Position numbers and translations under genes: made by a program. 64,000 nt of DNA from a virus (taxonomy: Duplodnaviria > Caudoviricetes): the IMG/VR virus record IMGVR_UViG_3300042558_004043; one strand, given 5' to 3'. This document shows, piece by piece, positions 1 through 6,344 of this stretch. The stretch's first letter is position 1. Each line of letters begins with the position of its first letter. A model generated the notes under the pieces. It made no database searches. It saw nothing but the letters and a program-made list of their open reading frames with translations, and was not told where the DNA came from.

Positions 1-1
1 T

Positions 2-268
2 GATAACCCCAACATAGTTATAAACATTGATGTATTCCCCAACCCAACTACAGATGTTATTAATATTGATTTGTCTGGTCTGAACGATTATAGTGGTCAA
101 AAACTAAGAATTATGAATTTGTCAGGTCAAATTGTATATGAAGAAAATGTAAACCAAAGTAAAGTTGTTATTGATGTTAAATCATTACTTTCTTCGGGAA
201 TCTACGTTCTTAACACGGTTGACCGAAATGGTACAATAACGTCCACAAACAAATTTGTGGTCCAATAA
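2..268 (+). CDS. 5'-truncated protein ending in a T9SS (Por secretion) type A C-terminal sorting domain
   Basis: Frame is open from position 2: DNPNIVINIDVFPNPTTDVINIDLSG...IMNLSGQIV...LSSGIYVL...TNKFVVQ. This has the VFPNP...G.Y.L...KF pattern of T9SS CTDs. Confidence 0.8.
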   Translation, partial: DNPNIVINIDVFPNPTTDVINIDLSGLNDYSGQKLRIMNLSGQIVYEENVNQSKVVIDVKSLLSSGIYVLNTVDRNGTITSTNKFVVQ

Positions 269-281
269 TCGACCAAAAAAG

Positions 282-310
282 AAAATACCACCTTCGGGTG
301 GTATTTTTTT
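282..310 (+). terminator. Intrinsic terminator
   Basis: AAAATACCACC-TTCG-GGTGGTATTTT hairpin followed by a T run. Confidence 0.85.
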
Positions 311-325
311 TGTTAATAACTTAAT

Positions 326-356
326 TTTGTGGGATGAGTTGTTCGCCGTATATTTG
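326..356 (+). promoter_or_regulatory. Bacteroidota sigma70-type promoter (-33 TTTG / -7 TAnnTTTG)
   Basis: TTTG 326-329, 19-nt spacer, TATATTTG 349-356. Similar -7 elements occur at 875, 1055, 1587, 4474, 4950, 9367 and 55245. Confidence 0.75.
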
Positions 357-360
357 TGGT

Positions 361-843
361 ATGAATAACGAAATCAAATACATACCCACAAAAGAGGCGA
401 TTATTGGATACTCTGATTCAACAATTGCCAAAACCGAAAAAAATGATTGTGTCGTAAGAGCCATCTCGTCATCATTTGAAATGCATTATGATGAGGCTCA
501 CAAGTTTGTTGCAAAGATTTGGTTCCGTAAAAACTTTGAAGGAACAAGAAACTTTGTCGGTGGTATGCGTCATATGGTTGACAATAAAATTCTGATTAAT
601 GGAAAATCATTCTCAAATTTGGGTAACCAGTACGGACATATGAAATATGATGTTAAGTCCAAAGGTCAAATGGTTAAACGTAATATGACCACCAGTACGT
701 TTATTAAGAAATATCCTGTTGGTAAGTATCTTGTGGTTGTTCGTGGTCACGCATTTTCAATCATTGATGGTCAAGTCGTTGGAAACGCATCTGACGCAAC
801 AATGAAGAAACGAGTGATTAATTTCGCATTCAAAATTTGTTAA
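361..843 (+). CDS. Hypothetical phage protein with NDCVVRA...GHAF motifs (possible Cys/His papain-like fold)
   Basis: ORF track gives 334..843. ATG 361 is preferred because it lies just after the promoter at 349-356. Confidence 0.7.
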   Translation: MNNEIKYIPTKEAIIGYSDSTIAKTEKNDCVVRAISSSFEMHYDEAHKFVAKIWFRKNFEGTRNFVGGMRHMVDNKILINGKSFSNLGNQYGHMKYDVKSKGQMVKRNMTTSTFIKKYPVGKYLVVVRGHAFSIIDGQVVGNASDATMKKRVINFAFKIC

Positions 844-902
844 TAACTTAATCTTATCGTAACCTAATTTGTTGTATCTTTGTCTACTTAAAACTAAAAA
901 CT

Positions 903-1043
903 ATGGAATACATCGGAGTATACAAGAAAAACAAAATGATTGGAATGATTGACCTTGACGAGATAACCGTTGAGTTATTGGATAGAATGTTTCAAGAAGG
1001 TTATGAGTTTATGAAATTCTCAAAAAAAGATTTGGTGGTTTAA
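903..1043 (+). CDS. Small hypothetical protein (46 aa, MEYIGVYKKNKMIGMIDLDE...)
   Basis: Read manually: ATG 903 to TAA 1043, downstream of TATCTTTG at 875-882. Below the ORF-track cutoff. Confidence 0.6.
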   Translation: MEYIGVYKKNKMIGMIDLDEITVELLDRMFQEGYEFMKFSKKDLVV

Positions 1044-1066
1044 AATTAAATACTTAAATTTGTCCA

Positions 1067-1249
1067 ATGAAACAAGAAACAATATGGTGTGAAAGATGTG
1101 GTGAAAAACTTAACCCATCAAAGGCTGTATGGCTTGAATTATCAATGACCGATGGAAAATACTATAATCAAATTCCTGGTGGTCACGATAGTCAAGGAGC
1201 ATTCAGTTTCGGTAAAGCATGTTCTAAATCACAATTAAAAGAAATATAA
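1067..1249 (+). CDS. Small hypothetical protein, possible zinc-binding (CxxC...C)
   Basis: 60-aa ORF with WCERCGEKL, preceded by TAAATTTG at 1055-1062. Confidence 0.65.
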   Translation: MKQETIWCERCGEKLNPSKAVWLELSMTDGKYYNQIPGGHDSQGAFSFGKACSKSQLKEI

Positions 1250-1250
1250 A

Positions 1251-1583
1251 ATGTCAGGAGGAGCATTCGACTACAAACAATGGCATATTGAACAAATTGC
1301 CGATGACGTTGAGAAACTGATTGAGAAAAATGGTCGTGAAAAAACACGAGAGGAACTCAAAGAAGAAGGATGGCGTGGGGATGATTGGTATGAGAAATAT
1401 CCTGAAGATTTAAGTCATTACAAATATCCTGATGAGGTAATTGAAAAATTCAAGGAGGGTATGAAAGTTCTTAGAGTCGCCGCAGTTTATGCTCAACGTA
1501 TTGATTGGTTGTTATCGGGCGATGATGGAGAAGAAAGTTTTTTGAAAAGATTGAAAGAAGAATTAGGTGAATTGGAAAAATAG
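1251..1583 (+). CDS. Hypothetical phage protein (MSGGAFDY...RIDWLLSGDDGEE)
   Basis: 110-aa ORF directly abutting the upstream gene. Confidence 0.8.
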   Translation: MSGGAFDYKQWHIEQIADDVEKLIEKNGREKTREELKEEGWRGDDWYEKYPEDLSHYKYPDEVIEKFKEGMKVLRVAAVYAQRIDWLLSGDDGEESFLKRLKEELGELEK

Positions 1584-1586
1584 TCG

Positions 1587-1610
1587 TATATTTGTAGAAG
1601 TTCTTTAAAA
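1587..1610 (+). promoter_or_regulatory. TAnnTTTG promoter followed by a boxA-like antitermination element
   Basis: TATATTTG 1587-1594, then AGTTCTTTAAAA 1599-1610, resembling rrn boxA GTTCTTTGAAAA. Confidence 0.6.
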
Positions 1611-1620
1611 ATATTTAAAA

Positions 1621-1744
1621 GGTGGGGTGGCAGACGAAAGTTAGATATATCCAAGTCAAACGTAGCTACGGTGTTTTTAAAACACGATGGATAAACGACA
1701 AGTAGAGCTTTAAGGGAATAAGTCGCTCTTATTCCTCCCCCACC
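1621..1744 (+). ncRNA. Unidentified structured RNA 1
   Basis: Closing stem GGTGGGG 1621-1627 / CCCCACC 1738-1744. Internal stems ATCCA/TGGAT and GGAATAAG/CTTATTCC. No credible ORF. Confidence 0.5.
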
Positions 1745-1747
1745 GAC

Positions 1748-1901
1748 CACATTATAGGTTGATTGGGGAATGATTATACCAATAGTTTGAGAGTGGATAC
1801 CGACTGGTATAATCGGAGTTGGCAGGTATTCACCTGAAGTAATGCCAATCGTAAAAGGGGTTGTCCACTCGACCATCTTCCCCTTACCTAAACTTAATGT
1901 G
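1748..1901 (+). ncRNA. Unidentified structured RNA 2 with predicted pseudoknot
   Basis: CACATTA/TAATGTG, TAGGT/ACCTA and GGGGAA/TTCCCC closing helices. GATTATACCA/TGGTATAATC hairpin whose loop (GAGTGGATACC) complements 1859-1870. Confidence 0.55.
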
Positions 1902-2077
1902 TTGTTCCCTTGAGAAAGGAAAGGAGTAGAGCTTAGTGACACTAGAGTCATCACTACAACACATAGGGTTTCTCACCCTAAAAATTCACAGAGTGGCGCA
2001 GGTTGATACTACTTCGCAAGTAGATTGATACAGAGTAAAAAGAGGTGGGGGAAACCACTCATTAACCCACCCAACAT

Positions 2078-2150
2078 AGTCAGGTGTACTTAACTGGTAA
2101 AGTACCTAACGCTTAATTAGGGAATACAGGTTCGATTCCTGTCCTGACTA
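2078..2150 (+). tRNA. Atypical tRNA-like element, nominal anticodon CTT (Lys)
   Basis: Acceptor AGTCAGG/CCTGACT+A; T-arm ACAGG-TTCGATT-CCTGT; anticodon arm CCTAA-CGCTTAA-TTAGG with G at position 33 and an irregular D/anticodon junction. Confidence 0.6.
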
Positions 2151-2248
2151 CAGAGGCTCGTCAAATGGGTGACGATTTATTAAATGAGGGGTGTAGATAC
2201 CTCAATGATACCGAGGTTTAATAAAGTAGTGACGTTAAATAACCCAAT

Positions 2249-2357
2249 AGTCAGGTGGCGGAATTGGCGCCAGTAGTTGTATCACGAGTTCAGTAATCCT
2301 CCCAATCGGACGTGAATCAAGGAGGTGACTATACAAGTTCGATTCTTGTCCTGACTA
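2249..2357 (+). tRNA. tRNA-like element with expanded anticodon domain (109 nt)
   Basis: Acceptor AGTCAGG/CCTGACT+A; D region TGGCGGAATTGG; T-arm ACAAG-TTCGATT-CTTGT. About 60 nt of branched sequence (CCTCC/GGAGG hairpin) replaces the anticodon arm. Confidence 0.6.
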
Positions 2358-2360
2358 CAA

Positions 2361-2562
2361 TGAGTAAGAGATACTCAGAGTCTTCGAATCAAGACTTAAA
2401 GAATGATTCCGCAGAATGTCTACGGCGCGAGTGGGACATCGTGGGATAAAGGGATAGACACATTCCCTCCCAGTAGTGTTGGATGTTTTTAACGGGTAAG
2501 ACCAGCAGGTTTTTAAGAAATAGAAAACCGATAAATCTACTCACCAATAATCTCAAGGTGGG
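2361..2562 (+). ncRNA. Unidentified structured RNA 3
   Basis: Hairpins TGAGTA/TACTCA, AGTCTT/AAGACT, TGGGA..GGGA/TTCCC TCCCA, GGTTTTT/AGAAAACC and a terminal CTCACC-AATAATCTCAA-GGTGGG. Flanked by tRNA-like elements. Confidence 0.55.
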
Positions 2563-2569
2563 GAAACAT

Positions 2570-2643
2570 AGTCGGATAGCTCAGGTGGTTAGAGTTGCAC
2601 GCTTATACCGTGATGGTCGTGGGTTCAACTCCCACTCCGACTA
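2570..2643 (+). tRNA. tRNA-Ile(TAT)
   Basis: Full cloverleaf: AGTCGGA/TCCGACT, GCTC/GAGT, GCACG-CTTATAC-CGTGA, GTGGG-TTCAACT-CCCAC. CCA is not encoded. Confidence 0.85.
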
Positions 2644-2710
2644 CAACTGAAAAACTATAGTTCATATCTAACTCGCGTTTTGTTCAAGATATTTACTATA
2701 AAACCTAACA

Positions 2711-3211
2711 ATGAAACACGTATTTTTTGTACTATGTACAATTTTGAGTATCAATGCCTTTTCACAAACTTTTAAAGACCCAGTATCTTTTAAGTCCGAT
2801 TTATGGCTTGTTCAAACTTTTGAGGAAGGCACATTCGTCGCTCCTGATACTATCTCAATAACTTGGGATATTAAAAAAGTTAGGCCAAATAAACATGCCA
2901 TATATGTTGACATCTCTAAAAAGGGAACATTGATTGGAATCAAATACCCAAATAAGGTTAAGTTAAGTTCTGAAGGATTACCCAATAATGGATTTATGGG
3001 TGAGAAGTGGTTCAGCAAATACTCAATGTATATTCAAAGTATGGTAAAGGATGAAGATGGATATATTTGGACAGTTACTGTTGGTAAAGATGCGTTTTCT
3101 GATGATTATACGGGATTAGAAAATGGTAGAATATATGTGGTCATACAAGACCCAAAACATATAAAACCAAGTTGGTATTTTACCATTAAAACCTTTGGGA
3201 GTAAAAAATAA
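2711..3211 (+). CDS. Exported hypothetical protein (Sec signal peptide, Gln at +1)
   Basis: MKHVFFVLCTILSINAFS-Q signal peptide; 166-aa ORF. Confidence 0.75.
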   Translation: MKHVFFVLCTILSINAFSQTFKDPVSFKSDLWLVQTFEEGTFVAPDTISITWDIKKVRPNKHAIYVDISKKGTLIGIKYPNKVKLSSEGLPNNGFMGEKWFSKYSMYIQSMVKDEDGYIWTVTVGKDAFSDDYTGLENGRIYVVIQDPKHIKPSWYFTIKTFGSKK

Positions 3212-3233
3212 ATTTAAGGTCGGGGATGGAGTT

Positions 3234-3266
3234 AAACCACACCAATAGGTGTGGTTTTTATTTTTT
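3234..3266 (+). terminator. Intrinsic terminator
   Basis: AAACCACACC-AATA-GGTGTGGTTT followed by a T-rich tail. Confidence 0.8.
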
Positions 3267-3342
3267 ATAAAAATATTTATCTTGAGTATGTTTGATATAT
3301 CTCAAATTATACATTATTATTTAACTCTAAAACTAAAATTCT

Positions 3343-4467
3343 ATGAAAAACCTAATTTTACTTCTCAGTTTATCTTTTTTAACGATAAATTTATTTTCAC
3401 AGTGTGAAAATGATTCCATTAATCCTTATTTTATCAACTTTGAACCTGAAGTTACCATTTCTTGTGATGTTGATTTGAGTGTTGTATTTCCTGTAGCACT
3501 TGATGAGTGTGATGATAGTGTTGAGATTGCTTGGTATGAAGAAGTTACGACCGGTATTTGTGAAAACAATTATGATGTTTTTAGAGTATATCGAGCTTTT
3601 GATAACTTTGGAAATCAATCAGTGGAGAGTCAAATAATTCACGTTGTTGATGAAACTTCGCCACTTTTTGTACCTTTGGTCAATCGTACAGTGGAATGTG
3701 GTGACTCAATTATATTCGATGACCCCCAAGTCACAGACAACTGTAGTGATTTTGTACTAACTTATTATAACATAATTCAAAATGTTGATAGTTGTTCTAC
3801 AATCTATACTAGGGTTTGGGAGGCCGTTGATTTTTGTGGAAATACTTCTATCTCGTCACAAACAATAACATCTATTGATATGACACCGCCGGTTATTACA
3901 GGTCCAATTTATTTGGAGGTTAATGAAGATGATAATATTGATACTTCGTTTGTAACTGTGACAGATAATTGTTCATCAATAAATTTAATTTATAGCGATT
4001 TAGAATATTCAGCAAATAACATTATAAGAAATTATACCGCAACTGACGCTTGTGGTAATGTGTCAACATTTGAACAAATTATTGGAATCAATATTGTTAT
4101 CCCACCTGGTGATGACGATGACGATGAAGATGAGGACGATGAAGATGAGGACGATGAAGATGAGGATGAAGATGAGGACGATGAAGATGAGGACGAAGAT
4201 GAGGACGATGAAGATGAGGATGAAGATGATGAAGATGACGATGATTGTCACAAAGTTGCGATTTGTCATGGAACGGGTAATGGTTCTTATCATACAATTT
4301 ATGTGAATCAAAATGCGGTTCAGGCACACCTAAATCACGGAGATTATCTTGGTCCTTGTACCGAAATGATAATTGATTGGCAAACTATTTTACCAAATAG
4401 TGATTTACAAATGAGAGTTATTAAGGGAAAAGATAATAAGTACAAAAAATTTGTGAGAGTTAGATAA
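3343..4467 (+). CDS. Exported protein with three HYR-like Cys-containing repeats, a 45-residue Asp/Glu tract and a C-terminal ICH..H..HGD..GPC motif
   Basis: Signal peptide MKNLILLLSLSFLTINLFS-Q. Repeats of the form A.D.C...I.R.(W/Y).A.D.CGN.S...Q.I.V.D...P. Confidence 0.75.
   Translation: MKNLILLLSLSFLTINLFSQCENDSINPYFINFEPEVTISCDVDLSVVFPVALDECDDSVEIAWYEEVTTGICENNYDVFRVYRAFDNFGNQSVESQIIHVVDETSPLFVPLVNRTVECGDSIIFDDPQVTDNCSDFVLTYYNIIQNVDSCSTIYTRVWEAVDFCGNTSISSQTITSIDMTPPVITGPIYLEVNEDDNIDTSFVTVTDNCSSINLIYSDLEYSANNIIRNYTATDACGNVSTFEQIIGINIVIPPGDDDDDEDEDDEDEDDEDEDEDEDDEDEDEDEDDEDEDEDDEDDDDCHKVAICHGTGNGSYHTIYVNQNAVQAHLNHGDYLGPCTEMIIDWQTILPNSDLQMRVIKGKDNKYKKFVRVR
4111..4245 (+). repeat. Coding microsatellite (GAT/GAC/GAA/GAG) encoding 45 consecutive D/E residues
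   Basis: Imperfect GATGAAGATGAGGAC units within 3343..4467. Confidence 0.95.
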
Positions 4468-4485
4468 AACACCTATCTTTGTACT

Positions 4486-4938
4486 ATGAAAAGAATTTAT
4501 TTGGATGACATTCGTACACCTCTATCTAACGATTGGATTGTTGTTAGAAATTACGACGATTTTGTTAATAAAGTAACTGAGATTGGTCTCGGTGAAATTG
4601 AAACAATCTCATTGGACCATGATTTGGGTGATACCGCAGTGAATGAGTATTTTGCAAATGTATCCCCAAACTACAAATTGGATTACGATAATATTAAGGA
4701 AAAAACCGGATATGATTGTACAAAATGGATTGTAGATTATTTTTATGAAATGAATCCTGATAGGATTGAGATGAGCCGTTCCAAAAAGGGTGCTAGTAGT
4801 ATTAAATTTCCTTTGGTAGTCGTACACTCGGCCAATCCTATCGGCTCGGCAAATATTATGGGGTATATTAATAATTTTTTGATGAATGAAAATAAACCTC
4901 AAACTTGTATTAGGGTTAATATTGACCATACGGTTTAA
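4486..4938 (+). CDS. Cyclic-phosphate-processing receiver (cREC)-like domain protein
   Basis: IYLDDIRTP, ISLDHDLG, TGYDC and VHSANPIG motifs. Own promoter TTTG-N20-TATCTTTG at 4450-4481. Confidence 0.75.
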   Translation: MKRIYLDDIRTPLSNDWIVVRNYDDFVNKVTEIGLGEIETISLDHDLGDTAVNEYFANVSPNYKLDYDNIKEKTGYDCTKWIVDYFYEMNPDRIEMSRSKKGASSIKFPLVVVHSANPIGSANIMGYINNFLMNENKPQTCIRVNIDHTV

Positions 4939-4958
4939 TTAAACATTCGTATATTTGT

Positions 4959-4992
4959 AAAAAAGTATGACTCTATGTCATACTTTTTTTTT
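4959..4992. terminator. Bidirectional intrinsic terminator
   Basis: AAAAAAGTATGAC-TCTAT-GTCATACTTTTTT. Confidence 0.8.
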
Positions 4993-5038
4993 GTTTTTGA
5001 TATTTATCTTAATATAATAACTGACTTAATAAAAACTG

Positions 5039-5374
5039 ATGATGGAGCAACACTTGGTTACAATTCTCGTTACACTAATAACGGTTTTAACTTCAAACGC
5101 GGCTTGGAAATATTATGAGAAAAGAATGTTGTTGAAGCAAAGGCAAGAAGAGAATCAACACAAAGATGGGGAACTTTATAGAGATGATTTAAGAGAAAGA
5201 ATTGTTAAATTAGAAACATTACTTGACGAATCATCCAAAGAAAAAGATAAGATGAGAGAAAACATCATCGTATTAACCACTTCACTCTCAAGATTAGAAG
5301 TTGAGGTGGATTTCTTAAGAAAAGAAAACGAAAAGTTAAGAGCGGAAAATCAATTTTTGAGAACTAAAGGATAA
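5039..5374 (+). CDS. Membrane protein with N-terminal TM helix and coiled coil (holin- or antiholin-like candidate)
   Basis: Hydrophobic LVTILVTLITVLT followed by a heptad-rich region. Stop overlaps the start of the M15 peptidase gene. Confidence 0.6.
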   Translation: MMEQHLVTILVTLITVLTSNAAWKYYEKRMLLKQRQEENQHKDGELYRDDLRERIVKLETLLDESSKEKDKMRENIIVLTTSLSRLEVEVDFLRKENEKLRAENQFLRTKG

Positions 5375-6057
5375 TGAATAAAAAATTAAATGAGGTAGTT
5401 GATACGTACTCAAATGTTGAATTTAGAGATAGAGTGGTAGGTAATTCAACGCCATCTAAGGATAATATTAATATTTCTTTATTATCAGACATTCAGACTG
5501 CAGCTAAAAAGGCGAATGTTCAAGTTTCAGTAACTACGGCAGTGACCGGACATAGAAAAGGAACTAGACATCAAACGGGTAATGCTGTTGATATTGCCAT
5601 GATTAACGGTAAAGGTTGGAGCGATGAAAGTTCTGCAAAAACCAAAGGGATTTATGATAGTATTAAACGATTTGTTGATGAATTGAAAAATTTGGGGTAT
5701 TTGGTGAATGTTAAAGAATCAGGTAATCCTAAAGTTGTTTTATGGTTTGGTTATAAAAATCATAATAATCATGTTCATATTTCAAATAAGTCAGGGGTAT
5801 CACCCACACAACCTCCTAAAGATTCGACAACTACCAACGATGAAGATTTACCAACACCTGATGATGATTCAGAAGAAATTAGCCCTGAATTATCTAAATC
5901 ACTTAAAACTTTAACTCCGGGCTCTAAAGGTCTTGATGTGTTTGGTGGAAAATTGGACCCTTTAATGAAAGGGTTTGAAAAGGCGTTTGGTCAATTTGGT
6001 ATGAATTCTATCGTTAAAGAAGATGTCGATAGAATTAAAAATTTGATGAATCTGTAA
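5374..6057 (+). CDS. Peptidase M15-like peptidoglycan hydrolase (endolysin or virion-associated lysin candidate)
   Basis: RH.TGNAVDI and HNNHVHIS Zn-binding motifs. Confidence 0.7.
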   Translation: MNKKLNEVVDTYSNVEFRDRVVGNSTPSKDNINISLLSDIQTAAKKANVQVSVTTAVTGHRKGTRHQTGNAVDIAMINGKGWSDESSAKTKGIYDSIKRFVDELKNLGYLVNVKESGNPKVVLWFGYKNHNNHVHISNKSGVSPTQPPKDSTTTNDEDLPTPDDDSEEISPELSKSLKTLTPGSKGLDVFGGKLDPLMKGFEKAFGQFGMNSIVKEDVDRIKNLMNL

Positions 6058-6069
6058 TTTTTTTACGAT

Positions 6070-6343
6070 TTTGCTTGTCTGGTGAGTATTTATCCTTATA
6101 TTTGTAAAAGATTTGACACCTACAGGTGATGAAAGATACTCGGAAAGTTAAATCAAAAAAAAAATACAAATAAATTTGGTAGATTGAAAAAGTCACCATA
6201 TATTTGTAAAGGATTTGAGACGGACAACGATTAAGATACAAGTCTCGAATCTTAAAAAAAGTTTAAGAAAAATTTGACAGAACGAAAAATTTGACTTAAA
6301 TTTGTAAAACAATTCGGGAATGACCGAAGAAGTTCTTTGAAAA
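6070..6343 (+). promoter_or_regulatory. Three tandem Bacteroidota-type promoters plus a boxB-like hairpin and boxA
   Basis: -7 elements at 6097-6104, 6199-6206 and 6297-6304, each with (T)TTG 19-20 nt upstream. Hairpin TTCGG-GAATGA-CCGAA 6313-6328, then AGTTCTTTGAAAA 6331-6343. Confidence 0.75.
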
Positions 6344-6344
6344 G

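Noticed and set aside
1493-1954. 153-aa minus-strand ORF across the RNA island
   Set aside because: It is antisense to the promoter/boxA and to structured RNAs, has atypical composition, and has no initiation context.
2159-2246. Pistol-ribozyme-like look (5-bp stem with a 6-nt loop; CGTTAAATA)
   Set aside because: The conserved linker does not directly follow P1, the pseudoknot has a mismatch, and no P2/P3 core was found.
4052-4329. Three alternative-frame ORFs (Met/Lys-, Ile/Phe- and His/Pro-rich)
   Set aside because: These are by-products of the stop-free D/E microsatellite.
6111-6148. Hammerhead-like GTGATGA...GAAA hairpin after promoter P1
   Set aside because: The core reads GUGAUGA rather than CUGAnGA, lacks the U16.1/NUH site, and stems I and II are not viable.
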